This document shows positions 24,710 through 37,939 of a DNA stretch of 64,000 nt, in pieces (position 1 is the first letter of the stretch; each line of letters begins with the position of its first letter). Position numbers and translations under genes: made by a program. The notes under the pieces are model-generated. The model saw nothing but the letters and a program-made list of their open reading frames with translations. It was not told where the DNA came from and made no database searches. Origin of the DNA: Octopus bimaculoides (lineage: Eukaryota). The stretch lies in NCBI RefSeq assembly GCF_001194135.2, contig NC_069000.1:28526055-28590054 (forward strand), written 5' to 3'.

Positions 24710-25169
24710 TAATTATTAAATGTGCCTTCTCTTGTAAATGGCAGAGTGTGGTTTGAGGTAATTTGGTAGCTATTTCTAACTGGTCGAGCAACCATGTAGA
24801 TGCTCTTCTCTTAAGAGAGTCCTTCATTTTATTTATAGATGCTGTGGGATCTCTGGCAGAGTAACAAGGAAGCATTACATGAACCCCTTATATACATAAG
24901 TCAGCAAGCCTAGGATTACTAGTGATAGATATTGGAATAATTAAATGGAATAAGTGACTGTGGAGAGTGTATGAATTTGCTTCAAGTACTGATTTTACTG
25001 CAAGTCCAATAATTCAAAGTTAAATACAATATAAATAGATACTTATATATGTGTATGTGTTTCAATATTTGATACACATATATAAGTATCTATTTATAAT
25101 CACCATGGTGATTTCCTATGCTTGGGAAGACATATCAAGCTAAGTAAAACTGTGGCTGTCCATGCATAC

Positions 25170-25520
25170 AGGCATGTCCTTTATGACCCATGCTGGTGCT
25201 ACGTAAAAAGCACTCATGCCAGTGTCACACAACAAGCACCGATGCCAGTGCCATGTAAAAGTGCTCATGCTGTGCCACATAAAAACACTTGTGCTGGCAT
25301 AATGTAACAAGCACTCATGCTAGCATCCCAAGAAAGCACCTGTGCTGGTGCCACATAAAAAGCACCCAGCACACTTTGTGAAATGGTTGGTGTTAGGAAG
25401 GACATCCAGTTATAGAAACCATCCCAAAACAGACAAATAGAGCCAGCTCCTGTCAGACCCTCCTGCATAGGTTCAACCCATGCTTGCATGGAAAATGGAT
25501 GTTAAATGATAATGATGATG
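25170..25520 (+). mobile_element. RTE-type LINE 3' UTR variant carrying a short-unit (about 26 bp) tandem array
   Basis: Repeated gtgccac.taaaaagcac units then ggttggtgttaggaaggacatccag..catggaaaatggatgttaaatgataatgatgatg. Confidence 0.7.
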
Positions 25521-26047
25521 TTTGGGTTCAAGTATGAATAATTAAGAAGTTTGCTTCATAATCAAGAAGTCTCACTGCAAAGCACTTTAGTCAAGTGTCT
25601 TTTATTAAGGAATCAAGCAAACTGGTCAGTGAAGTAAGGCAGACAGCACTGTGAGGAAAGTTGTAAGATGAAGTCACTATAACTCAGAGGATCCACTGTG
25701 CCATGCTGATTCAACCAAATTGTGTTAAGGGTACAAATATCTCTGGAATATTCAACCACTATAATTCAATGGCTAGGTAGGTATGTGTAGATTGAATAAT
25801 TGAAATACTCATTGTCAAAAGTGACGCAATATTCAAAACGTATGGTTTATATGTTTTAGCAAACTGCTGTGAAAGTAGAGAGAAATGAAATGGCTGACAG
25901 TTAGGAATGAGAGCCAGATATTATATGTTGATGGTGGTGGTATTGCTGTTGGTGATGGAAGAATGTGATATTAAACTGAATACAGGAGCAGTGTGGAAGA
26001 GAAAGGGAAATATGAAGTAGCAGGGGTAGAGAGGAAAAGAGAGAAGG

Positions 26048-26099
<52 letters not shown>

Positions 26100-27057
26100 A
26101 ATGTAGATGCCATCTGGGCGATATGTAAATGACAACACAAAAATGCAATCATTTCTACTCCAGTCTACCCATCACTACCACTTTTGCCACTGAGAATACC
26201 ATCACTACCACCCTTTTCAAACATTCCAATAAGGCTAGAAGGTCATATATAGAATGGCTAGAAAACTACTCATCAGGGTTGACCTGGGGCTAAACAACAT
26301 TTTCACTCCTATTACCCCAAATCATTACCATTAACTCTGCTACCACTCTTTTCAACAAGCCAATAAGGTTGGAAGGTCATTAGGGTTGACCTGGGGCTAA
26401 ACAATATTTTCACTCAATTACTATTAGTGCTGTTGCTGCTTCCTCTGCCATCACCACCTTTATCACTATTATCATCACCACTGCTGTTAACACCACTATT
26501 TCCACAACTAATGTCACCACTACCATCATCACTGCTACCATTCCCACCATCATTGGCAATAACAGGCACCATTCCAATATAAACAACAAAAAGTTTACAA
26601 GGATGTGTGATGTGTAATGTGTGTAAATCAGAGATATTGGCTGAAGATAAGCAGCTGCAATGCAGGAGTATAAAGATGGTATTTGTCTGAATCTATATTT
26701 GAAAATCCCGGTTAATGATATCATCTTTCAGAAAAACTAACATCTGAATTCACAAATATTTCAGAGCAATCATGAAGCCATATGATGGTGATGATGATGG
26801 CAGTTCATTGTGGTGATGGAGAAGGTGATGCTTGCATAGATGGTAAATGTGATGATGTTGTCATTGTTTATTCAAAGATCAGCTGCAATTGAGTAGACCA
26901 ATGACTAAAGGAATTCCAATAGTGACCATCCTGTTCATTTCTATTATTCAAGGTGCCCAAGATCACATTATCCAATGTCTCCTTTTCTAAGATAGTGGAG
27001 AATGATTTGAGGGAGCATTTAGCTGTTATTTCTAGCAGGCTGAGTAATAATGTAGAG

Positions 27058-27357
27058 CAGTGGTTCTCAACTATTTTTTATCTATGGACCCCTTTAAGTA
27101 TAATTTTATTTAAGTGAACCCCCATAACCATTCGATGTTTAAAAACTAATTTCATAGATACTTTTTTCAAAATTCATATTTTGTGGAGATTGAACAATGT
27201 AAAATGTTAAGAGAAAGAGGCCTAGCTGTTTCTTGCATTACATACATTTACATCAAAACTTTTCATGGACCTTTAAAATACTACTATGGATTCCGAATTT
27301 ACTATTTTGCTAGTATGGACCCCCAGGGATCATATGGACCTAGGTTGAGAACCATTG
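27058..27357. mobile_element. hAT (Charlie-type) MITE with 8-bp TSD
   Basis: TIRs CAGTGGTTCTCAAC / GTTGAGAACCATTG; TSD ATGTAGAG at 27050-27057 and 27358-27365. Confidence 0.92.
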
Positions 27358-27904
27358 ATGTAGAGGCTCCCTCAACAGAAGTGGAGGTGGCAATGGTGTT
27401 GGTAAATGTGGAAGAGTTAATGATCATGGTCATGTTGGAGTGAAACTTAGGGGACACAGATTTTCATAGTGCTATAATTGTGTCAACAGTATTAATCAAC
27501 ACCGTTGACTGAAGATAACTGAAACCATCATCTTTTATTTTTTATCTTTTACTTATTTCAGTAACTTGACTGTGGACATGCCGTGTCATGGCATTGAAGA
27601 ATTTTTAGTAGAAGGAATTGATCTCAGTACTTATTCGACTTTACTGAACCTCTAAGTTACAGGGATGCAAACACATGCGCACCAGTTGTCAAGTGGTAGT
27701 GGGAGACAGACGCAGAGACACAAACACATATACGATGGACTTCTTTCAGTTTCTAACAAATCCACTCACAAGGCTTTAGTTGACCCAAGACTATAGAAGA
27801 CAGTTGCCCAAAATGCCATGCAGTGGGAGTGAACTCAGAACCATGTGGTTGAGAAGCAAGCTTCTTACCATACAGCTACATCAGTGCTTATAAAAAGGGC
27901 ATTT

Positions 27905-27977
27905 ACCCAATGTAGGGCTTGAGCCCACAACCCTGAGATTAAGAGTCTCATGCTCTACCAACTGAGCTAGCCTGGGC
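27905..27977 (-). pseudogene. tRNA-Lys(CTT) pseudogene
   Basis: GCCCAGGCTAGCTCAGTTGGTAGAGCATGAGACTCTTAATCTCAGGGTTGTGGGCTCAAGCCCTACATTGGGT; anticodon loop CTCTTAA; T-loop altered (GCTCAA for GTTCGA) and one extra base in the acceptor stem. Confidence 0.85.
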
Positions 27978-28324
27978 TCCAAGTCATGTGGCTTTGGATT
28001 CAATCCCACAGTGCCACATTTTCAACAAGTGACTCTTACTATAATCCCAAATCCTGTGAATGGTTTTGGTGGATGGCAACTGAAAGGAACCTGTCACAAC
28101 ATGCATATATATGTATATGTGGGTGTTTGTGTCTCTTTGCCTTGACATTGTGAAGTAGTTGTCATATAAGCAGTACCATTCATTTGAGATCTTCTGTGGA
28201 AACAGGTGAGGGTTAGGAATAGTAAGAGCATCCAACCACTGAAAATTTGCCTTAATGAATTTCATTTGACTGATGCAAATGTGGAAGGATGATGATGATG
28301 ATGAAAGCTGACCTTAAAACTCTG

Positions 28325-29320
28325 AACCTCATAGAGATCTGTGTAGATTGGAATATCCCATGTGAGTGTCACATGATCATTCTCTGCTACCAGCAAGGGT
28401 TGCTACTCATACCACTTGTTGGAACATTCTAGCCCATACTTCCGACACAATTCTCAGTGTATTCACATTGCCATTCTATCATGGTGTTTTTTTCCCCCTT
28501 TTGGGCTGGTGTTGAGCATCCACTAAACACATGTCTAACTGTCTCTGATGATTTTTCACATAATCCACACATAGGTGATGCTGCTATCTAATCAATATTA
28601 CACTTGATTGAGTTGGTTCGTAAACCTTGTTCTTGAGCAGCAAGAATCAGTCCTTCCATCTTCTTTAAAAGAAAAACTAGGTTGTAACCATCTCTAGGAT
28701 TCTCCATCGGCTTCAGCCATTGTTTGTTGGAAAAACTCTCCATGCAGGACTTTCTCTTTCCAGTTAATGATCCTTTCTCTATTAGTTCTCATATTGAGGG
28801 TCTCACCATTGTCACTGATCACCTCACTCAGTGCAGCCTTCATTCTTTCATTACTATTCCTCAGATAGGCATACAAAGACTTGATCTCCATAAAACTCAC
28901 TTCTATTCCAACGAATCCTCTTCCACCTTTCTTCCTTGGTAAATAAAGCCTTGTTACATTACTTCTGGTATGAAGGCACCCATGTGTAACCGTTATCTTG
29001 GTACTTATTCTTTCCATGTTGACCAGTTCTTCCATTCCGCAGCTCCTGCACAATAACATACTATACCTACAGCCAAAGCACTGATGCCTCTAATGAAGTT
29101 TCTTCCATTCAGCTTGGATCTGCATAGCTTTTAACTCTTCTGGAATATTCAGAAGAAATGTTCATCGTCTGACCTAATTTAAAACATCAAGATACTCATA
29201 ATCCTCTTTGTTCACTTCTCTTGTGATCATCATCTGGAAGTTGTACTCTACTGCAGTCTATTTCTTGCCCTCTCCTCAGTTCAATAGCAATACGTTTAAT
29301 AGCAGTGCATTTTAAAAATT
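28325..29320 (-). mobile_element. R4/Dong-clade (restriction-like endonuclease) non-LTR retrotransposon fragment
   Basis: HTRSNVTRLYLPRKKGGRGF, CGLCEKSSETVRHVFSGC and CRKYGLECSNKWYE..LTWDIPI.TD relics. Confidence 0.8.
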
Positions 29321-29339
29321 ATTATTGTTATTATTATCA

Positions 29340-29760
29340 AGGTGGTGAGCTGGCAGAATCGTTAGCATGCCAAGCAAAATGTTAAGCAGCATTTTGTCTG
29401 TCATGTTCTGAGTTCAAATTCCATTGAGGTTGACTTTGCCTTTCATCCTTTCAGAATTGGGGTTGATGTAATCGACTAAACCCCATTCCTTCCCCTGAAT
29501 TTGTTGGCCTTGTGCCAAAAATTTGAAATCATTGTTTTAATTATCATTATTATCAAGGTGGTTGAGCTGGCAGTATTGTAAGAGCATTGGAAAAAAATGT
29601 CTTCTGACATTTGTTTTGGCTCTTCATTTTGAGTTCAAATACCGCTGAGGTCAACTTTGCCATTCATCCTTTTGGGATTGATAATATGAAGTACCATCCA
29701 AGAGCTAGGGCCACTGTAATCGACTACTTTCACTGTCCTTGAAATGTGTCGCCTTGTTTT
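29340..29760 (+). mobile_element. Two adjacent copies of a third SINE family (agctggcagaatcgttagc..gagttcaaattcc..gaggtcgactttgcctttcatcc..ggccttgtgcc, (ATT)n tail)
   Basis: Shared sequence with copies at about 360-440(-), 21405-21500, 30400-30620, 32800-33010, 34480-34620, 40710-40900, 42560-43030, 44655-45140, 54415-54640, 56500-56600(-). Confidence 0.8.
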
Positions 29761-32149
29761 TATACGAGAAAACATTATCCTTAATATTTAACTCCTAGTT
29801 TTGATTTAGCCTTTCATCTTTGCAAGATCAATTAAGTAGCATTTACAAATTGAGTAGAATTTGATCAACAGTTCCCATCTTCCAAAATTCATGGCCCTGT
29901 ACTTATTTGAAAAGTCTGGTAGCAAATAATGAAGTAACCATCATTATTATTATCATCTTTCCATCTTCTTCTATATCAGATGTATAATTTATATGCAGTC
30001 ATTTGATATGCGTCAGGTTTTTAATCCTGATGAATACACACAAACACACAGAAATACAAATACATAGATAAAAACATATATATGCATTCACACAAAAACA
30101 TCTTTATTGAGTTCTCAGCTTCCAGTTTAAACAGTCTGTTTATAATTTCTTAAACAACTATTAAGGTTATGGGAGGGCATTGAAATGGCTTTGCCAATTC
30201 TCTATTTTTATTTCAAATTGAAAACTGCACTGATATTAACTTAAGTTACACATAGAAGCACATTTACTTGCTAGTCTCTAAATTTTGAAACTTTAATTAT
30301 TATTGCAGTTTATGAATTTCGTTTTATTCTCTCAAAGTTTTTTTCTCTGTCTTGTATATGTTATATTCTGTTTTTTAAATATTTCAGTTGTGCTAAGGCA
30401 GAGACTGGCAGAATCATTGGCATGCTGGGTAAAATCCTTAATAGCATTTCACTCATCTTTACATTTGGAGTTCAAATTCTGCAAAAGTTGACTTTGCTTT
30501 TCATTCTTTCAGTGGGATTGATAAAATAAGTACCAGTCAAACACAAGGGTTAGTGCAATCAACTTATTCTCTCCCCTGAAATTGCTGGCTTTGTACCAAA
30601 ATGTGAAACCAATATTTCAGTTGTGCTATGCCCACAAGTTCTATTTATCTATTCTCCTCTCAAAGAAAGAAAGTGTCCAAATCTTCAAACTCTCAAATAG
30701 GTACAGATGTGGCTGTGTGGTAAGAAGCTTGATTCTCAACCACATGGCTCTGGGTTCAGTCTCACTGTGTGGCACCTTAGGTAAGTATTTTCTACTTTGC
30801 CTCAGATTGACCAAAGCCTTGTGAATGTATTTGTTAGATGGAAACTGAAAGAAGCCCATTGTATATGTATGTGTACGTGCTTGTCTTTGTAGCTGTCTTT
30901 GTCCCCCATCACAACTTGACAACTGGTGTTGGCATGTTTGCATCCCTGTAACTTAGCAATTCAGCAAAAGAAATCAATAGAATAAGTACCAGGCTTAACA
31001 AAAATATAAATCCAGGGTCGATTTGTTTGACTGAAACTTTTCAAGGTAGTACCCCAACATGGCCGCAGTCAAATGACTGAAACAGGATTAAAGCTATATA
31101 CCAAGCAATATGCCATGCACATGTGTAATGCAGTGTACTGTTGAGGAAAAAGCAAACAAACAAAAAAAACCCTCCAAAACTTCTAGATACCAGTGAAGGG
31201 ATTCTGTAAATTCCTTCCATACATTGCAACACATCTTGGCTACTTATGCACTGAAGTTTACTTCTTTCTTCTTTTTTCTCCCCCTATTTTTTGACACCAC
31301 ACCCTTCATAATATCTCCTCCCCCTCCATGCTTCAATAAGCTTTGCTTTGCTGAATTAAATTTCCCCCTCACTCTCTATCTTCTTTTCTCTATTCCTCCT
31401 CCCTCAACATTCGCCCAATCCTAACCAACACCATCAGCAAGAATACTGTCATCATTGGCAGCTGTTTACCCTCCACCCCTCCAGCCCAATATCACCCCAC
31501 ATTATATTTACTTTTACCTTCAATTTTACTTCCACCCACTTCCAGCCATAATTTCTTTCTTTTTTCCTTTTTTTTTTTTGCAGGAGACTAATCATCCACT
31601 TCCATCCCTCTCTCCCCTGGAGACACACCCTCCACTGCTACTCTCCACTCCTCCCTCACTAATTATGGCAAATATAAATAACAAATTAGTAGTTGAAAAA
31701 GCACATTGGTATCACTGAAGCAACAAAACAGTGACAGTGGCAGTGATGATGATGTGGTGTTGTCGGAAGATGATCCCAGATGTTTCACTCTGAAACCCTG
31801 CACCACTACCACCACAACTACCACCACCACCATCACTGGGGGCCCCATCACCAAATTCTTCACCAACCCTGTTCCTCCATCACTACCATTAACCATATCC
31901 CATTCCACCTATCTGCTTACCCAAACTCTTATTTCCCTCTGGCTCTATTACCACTATTCAACCATTATCATTTCGAAAAGCTGTTCACTATCCTTACACC
32001 TATCACCCTCTTCACCCTCTCTCTTCTCCTCTCCCTAACCTTGCAGCAAAAAAGGCAAGAAATATAATTCAAGCATCACATTTTATTATTTTTTTTTTTA
32101 TATATGCCATCTTATCCCGTCTCCCCATTTTTTTCCTTTTTACCAATCT

Positions 32150-32420
32150 ATGGCGCCATGAAAGTATCGCAACTAACGTGATTAAGGGTGGTGCTGGTGG
32201 TGGAAAGAGGAGGTGTATAGGAAACTCAATACAACTGTATTTTTGTCTCCTTGCTGTAAGGATTTGGTGTTCTTTAAAAAGTACATCCGTTTCCGGATTG
32301 AGCTTCCTGTGACTTTTCCTTACATTTTTTTTTTGCATAGAGTTGGCAATCTTAAGAAATACCCATGCGGGAATGGTTGCCTCTTGTTGATTTAGTATCT
32401 TTCTCCAGGTGTCCATGAAA
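32150..32420 (-). mobile_element. Possible highly decayed piggyBac C-terminal cysteine-rich region
   Basis: Frameshifted relics resembling DCQLC..RKRMYF..C.E..H. Confidence 0.25.
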
Positions 32421-33039
32421 TTTTATTTTTAAAGCACCTCTCCAATAGCTGTGAGGTAGTGCCTGACCTATGTGCAGGTCCAGCTTCATGAAGTTAAACT
32501 GATAAAAGAATAATTCCCATTCTTTTCTGGATAGAATGCCAGTTTACCACAGTTTTAACATTTCCTCCAAATCTGGTTGCTCTTAACCTTATAAATAGAT
32601 GAATTGCACTAACAACAAGAAAAACAGCAGCCAAATCTTCCTGAATTCACACTCTTCTGTGCTAAACAAAGGAAGGACATAGTGGAAAGTGTAGTCCTAC
32701 ATACACTGAAAACACAGAACACACCTTTGTGCTCCTAACTCAAGATTTGTGCCTTTGTGCTAGTATTAGAAAATTGATGTTATCATTATTTATCTTGAAG
32801 TGGTAGAAACATTAGAACATCAGACAAAATATCTTGCAATATCTTTACATATGACCATTATTTTCAGAGTTCAAATCCTGTCAGGGTCAACCTTACCATT
32901 TGTCTTTCTGGGATTAATAAAAAATAAAGTACCAGTCATGAGCTGAGGTCAAACTTAACTGACTACATAGCCATCTTCCCAACTTTGAGGCCTTGTGTCT
33001 ATGTCAAAAATTGTTATTATTATTATTGTGAAGATAGTG

Positions 33040-34310
33040 GGTGGGGTCTTCAGGTAGATGGCCCTGCTCGATCCATAGAAAAGGCGTAGGTAGAAACTCT
33101 ATAAGATGTATCCAGTGTAAGCTATGGACACATAAGAGGTGCAGCAATATCAAAGGAAGGCTAACTAGGAAGATAGTTTTTGTATGTAGCAGATACTCAG
33201 GAGCAATAGACACTGAAAATCTGCAGAGAACAACTTCTGCCACATTCCAGGGAGAAAAACTAGAAGTAGTTGATAACTTCCGTTACCTAGGTGACCAAGT
33301 CAGTAGCGGGGGTGGGTGCACTGAAAGTGTAGCTGCTAGAATAAGAATAGCCTGGGGAAAGTTCAGAGAGCTCTTACCTCTGCTGGTAACAAAGGGCCTC
33401 TCGCTCAGAGTGAAAGGTAGACTGTATGATACATATGTACGAACAGCTATGCTACATGGCAGTGAAACATGGGCCGTGACTGCTGAGGACTTGCGTAAGC
33501 TTGCAAGGAATGAAGCCAGTATGTTCCGATGGATGTGTATTGTCAGTGTGCATACATGACAGAGTGTAAGTACCTTGAGAGAAAAGTTGGACCTAAGAAG
33601 CATCAGATGTGGTGTGCAAGAGAGATGACTGCGCTGGTATGGTCATGTGGTGAGAATGGATGAGGATAGTTGTGTGAAAAAATGCCACACCCTAGCAGTT
33701 GAGGGAACCTGTGGAAGATGTAGACCCAGGAAGACCTGGGATGAGGTGGTGAAGCACGACCTTCGAACATTAGGCCTCATCGAGGCAATGACTAGTGACC
33801 GAGACCTTTNNNNNNNNNNNNNNNNNNNNNNNNNNNNNNNNNNNNNNNNNNNNNNNNNNNNNNNNNNNNNNNNNNNNNNNNNNNNNNNNNNNNNNNNNNN
33901 NNNNNNNNNNNNNNNNNNNNNNNNNNNNNNNNNNNNNNNNNNNTAAAAAGCACCATTCAAGCCTGATCATTACCAGCGTCACCTTACTGGCACTTGTGCT
34001 GGTGGCCCGTGAAAAAATATTCGAGCTAGGTTGTTGCCAGTGCCGCTGGACTGGCTCCTGTGCAGGTGGCACATAAAAAACACCATTTGAGCATGGTCGT
34101 TTCCAGTACCGCCTGACTGGCCCTCGTGCTAGTGGCACGTAAAAGCACCCACTACACTCTCGTAGTGGTTGGCGTTGGGAAGGGTATCCAGCTGTAGAAA
34201 CTCTGCCAGATCAGATTGGAGCCTGGTGCAGCCATCTGGTTCGCCAGTCCTCAGTCAAATCGTCCAACTCATGCCAGCATGGAAAGTGGACATTAAACGA
34301 TGATGATGAT
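33040..34310 (+). mobile_element. 5'-truncated RTE-clade LINE (RT C-terminal half with PHD-like insertion, 3' UTR, (GAT)n tail)
   Basis: EVVDNFRYLGDQVSSGGG..ARIRIAWGKFRELLPLL..MLHGSETWAV..LRWYGHVVRM..GRCRPRKTWDEVVKHDL; 3' UTR ends aaacgatgatgatgat. Confidence 0.92.
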
Positions 34311-34660
34311 AGCTCTTTTATAAAATACCATTGATCAACTTCCAGAACTTGTTTATAAAATCAAATTCTCTGCTAGGAAAATTGGTCAACACATAAATGT
34401 TACAAAGACAGAGTACAAGTCACTAAACAAAGAAGATGGAAATCTTGTCACACTAGATGATGGAATACTAAATCAATTCTGAGTTCAAATTCCGCTGAGG
34501 TTGACTTTGCTTTTCATCCTTTCAGAGTTGATAAAATAAGTACCAGTTAAGCACTGGGGTTGGATATAACTGACTTACCCGCTTCCCTGAACTTGATGTC
34601 CTTGTTTCAAAATTAGAAACCATTATTTATCATAATAAATTTTCACATGAATGCACTTAC

Positions 34661-34816
34661 TTGAGTTACTATTGCCTGTATCATTTATTTTTTCAAATGC
34701 CAGATGTGCTTTAGGTCGACTGTAAACAGAGCCACATGGTAAAGACACTGTTCCACCTTCAATAACATGAACTGTGATATTTTCCTCATCTTCTTCAGAT
34801 CCAAAACCATCAAAGA
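34661..34816 (-). CDS. Internal coding exon of a cell-surface immunoglobulin-superfamily gene (N-terminal half of an Ig domain; CDON/BOC/iHog- or contactin-like)
   Basis: Acceptor ttttctattccatttcag|, donor A|gtaagt, 156 bp, phase 1-1, open frame xFDGFGSEEDEENITVHVIEGGTVSLPCGSVYSRPKAHLAFEKINDTGNSNS with the Ig A'-B strand pattern V.V.EG.TV.LPC. Confidence 0.8.
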
Positions 34817-35479
34817 CTGAAATGGAATAGAAAAGACAAGTGTTAATAGTAGAAAGAATTGACAGTTTTGTGGGCAGAAGAGTTGAACATTTGATTGAAG
34901 AGTGATGAGTTATAACTACTGGTTGATAGGTTATTGTTGTTTAACCCTAGGCTGTTACCCCACCACATTAGCAGATCTATACTCAAAGAATTTCTAACAA
35001 TGAGCATCCGACCACTTTTTCTGACCATTTTTTTTTTATTACATCATTCAAAGTATCCTTTCCTTTTTTAAATCAGTAAGATGTGATCTGAGGGAGATCT
35101 GGTTTCTATTTTTAGCAAGATGGACAATCACATAGAGGCTCTATCATTGGTTGGAGACTAGTTTGTCAGATTATGAGTTCAAGTCAGTTGCACTTGTTTC
35201 ATTGAGTAAATTCAGTAGCACACATGGCTGCTATGAAGAGGCACCTAAGATATAAGTATTTGTTAGTGTTTAATTATGTACAGAGTGTGGACATGTGCTG
35301 AGATCATGGTTAAACACTTCAGAAATAATTGATTTAAAGGCTTAAATAATAAGGATGATATTAAATTTATACAAACAGACATTTCTAGCTATTACTCATC
35401 TATTACCTCTATTCTCCTCAATGAACTTCTTATTTTTGCTATGAAGAACTCTTAATTATTGAGACAAGATGTAGATACT

Positions 35480-36010
35480 ATATTAGCAGTTAGGTGCACA
35501 TTTATTGACTTCAAAGGTAAATATGGAACTAGAAACAACAGATCTAACAACTTTGATATAACCATGGGCTTGAGTGGCTCCATGCAAGTTACTCATCGTG
35601 CGTAAGAATATCTTGTCTTGCATTAAAAGGGAGTTCCCTGAAATGGGGCATGGTGTATATAGGATTGATGCTCTTTTTGCTGTCTGTAAATGTAGTAATA
35701 TAGAATTAGAAAGGAATAGAAAAGAGGTTAGAAATTTCTTCAAAAACTTGACAACCTAATTATGTTGGGACATAAGTGTAAGGTAAGTAACTTTCTGGAT
35801 GTAACATTAAAACACAAGTTTTTATTGTCTACATCATAGCCCCAATGGAAACCTACAATACATTAATAGATATTCCAATCATCCTAGAGCAGTAATTAAG
35901 TTCATCATGAGGGGTATTTCATCAAGAATCTCCAGGTTAATGAAGAGATTTTCTCTCAAGATATGAACTATCATAATACTGCTTTAGCTAGGGCCAGATA
36001 CACCAAAAAA
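35480..36010 (+). mobile_element. Decayed Penelope-like element reverse transcriptase
   Basis: NFDITMG, GVYRIDA (cf. GLYRDDG), NFLDVT, YINRYSNHP.AVIK.I..GISSRIS..NEEIF, all PLE RT motifs. Confidence 0.75.
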
Positions 36011-36479
36011 ATGTGGGATATCCCTGATGATAGTATTGTAACAGTCACACGTGAGTAAGAATTCTATCAACTGCATGATGAAACCTGCACTAAATTCCTG
36101 CAAAAATAGCTAAAAACTAAATAGGAATATAATTGTCTCCACAGATGTGAATAGAGATAGGTTTATGGTTAAGGATGTGAACGGTCTAAAAGGCTCTGAA
36201 ACTTTACTTAGAAACTTGAATCCAAATCTGGATAACTTAGGAAACAAGCTTCAACCTATTTGACTCTAATGGTATTCATCCCCCTTTCTATGTAAGTAGA
36301 GGAAAGAGTAAATCTAGAATTAGTCACCTGGTAGAAATAGGTTACTTAAGAGAAATATTACTTCATTTAACCCCACTTTTGGAAATAATGTAGCTTCAGA
36401 TATCACTAGAACTGTCTTTCAAACTTTGGAAAAGTATTGGAAGTATTGTAAAATCTTTAATAGGAATACTGTGAAGTTT

Positions 36480-37200
36480 TTTTTATATTTCTTTTATTTT
36501 TCAAACTTAAGATAAATAAAGTTCTATTTTAATCTAAAATATACTCTCCTTCATTTTCTACAATGCTCTTCCATCTATCTGGCAAACTTGCAAGGCCCCT
36601 CTTCCAAAATTCACTTGTCCGTGATGAAAAATACCTCTCCAGTACTGTTCTGATCTTGTCTACAGAATTCATTTTTTTTTTCTGTCCAAATGATTTTGAA
36701 GACTGCAGAATAAATGATAATCAGAAGGAGCAATGTCTGGTGAATATGGTGGGTGGGGTATTGTTTCCCATTCAAACTGCTCCAACTTTTGGAATGTCAT
36801 CCTTGCTGTATATGTCCAAGCATTATCCTGATGGAGGAACACCTTTCGTCTCGAAACCAAAGATGGTCGTTTTTCTCCTAGCACTGACTTGAATGACCAA
36901 ATCCAAGCTTCTCTGCGAGTTCCTTAACAGTTATGATGGGATTTTGTTCCACCAAGGTTTGCAGGACATTCTCGTCAAGGTCAATAGATCTTCCAGGACA
37001 AAGCTTGTCTTTTAGGCTGTAGTTTCTGGCTTGGAATTTCTGGAACCACTGTTGACACTGGCTTATGCTTATTGTCTAATCCCCATATACTGCATTAATA
37101 TTCCTTGCCCTTTCTGTTGTGTTGTTGCTCTTATTGAACTCATAAAGCAAAATATGCCGAATATGCTCCTTTGTCACTTCCATTATAGCTTTGAAAATAT
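36480..37200 (-). mobile_element. Mariner (DD34D-type) transposase relic
   Basis: VFLHQDNAWTYTARMTFQKLEQFEWETIPHPPYSPDIAPSDYHLFCSLQNHL. Confidence 0.9.
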
Positions 37201-37554
37201 AACTGTTAAAATTGAACTGCACTCTTCAAAACATGCATTAACAATAGGTACAAGTACAGGTAGTACAAGTACTACCTGCTTTTATAGCAAGTTGATGCAG
37301 GTAGTTTATCCTGTTGCCCTGCAATTGAAAAAACTGCATTATTTATGGGATGACTCAATACTATACATAAATTACATGATAATATTGAAGCTATTAATAG
37401 AAAATTAAATGGTATTAGTAATAGGGAGTGTACCTTTAATTTTTCCTCTGGAAAAAATACATCTCTATCTGGTATAAATAATTCAAATTTAGATTACATA
37501 AACATAAACATTTCTTTAAAAATAAAAGGAAAGCTCTGAGCACTTCACTTTAAA

Positions 37555-37632
37555 TTTATTTAGGATCTCAAAGGGAGGAACATTGATTACTCATTTATTT
37601 AGGATCTCAAAGGGAGGAACATAGATTACTCA
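37555..37632 (+). repeat. 39-bp tandem duplication
   Basis: tttatttaggatctcaaagggaggaaca(t/a)(t/a)gattactca twice, one mismatch. Confidence 0.9.
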
Positions 37633-37939
37633 TTTCATTGGTTAATCACATGTTCTGTATTTCCAAAGGTTATGCAGGTAGCTGTAATTTATATTTCAAG
37701 GAAGCACTTGAAATTCTCAGGTGCAGAACAGGTCTAATAAATATAATGAATTATTGATCTGTTGTTCCCATCGATTCAATAAAACTTTCTTGAAAATTCC
37801 ATTTAGCCAACTTACATAATTGTAACAGTTAAAAATAATGTTCTTATTTTTTTTTGTTTTACTCCAGCTTTATTAGTCCTCTACATCTTAAAATTCCAGC
37901 TAAATTTTTTTCCTGTATAACTGATCCTTTATTCCTTAA

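Noticed and set aside
31706-32038. ORF with acidic SDSGSDDD stretch
   Set aside because: Short, runs into (ACC)n repeats, and has no convincing splice sites or domain.
30027-36030. Other CTGATGA heptamers (about 30027 and 36024 on plus)
   Set aside because: No correctly placed stem II, GAAA, UH or closing stem I.
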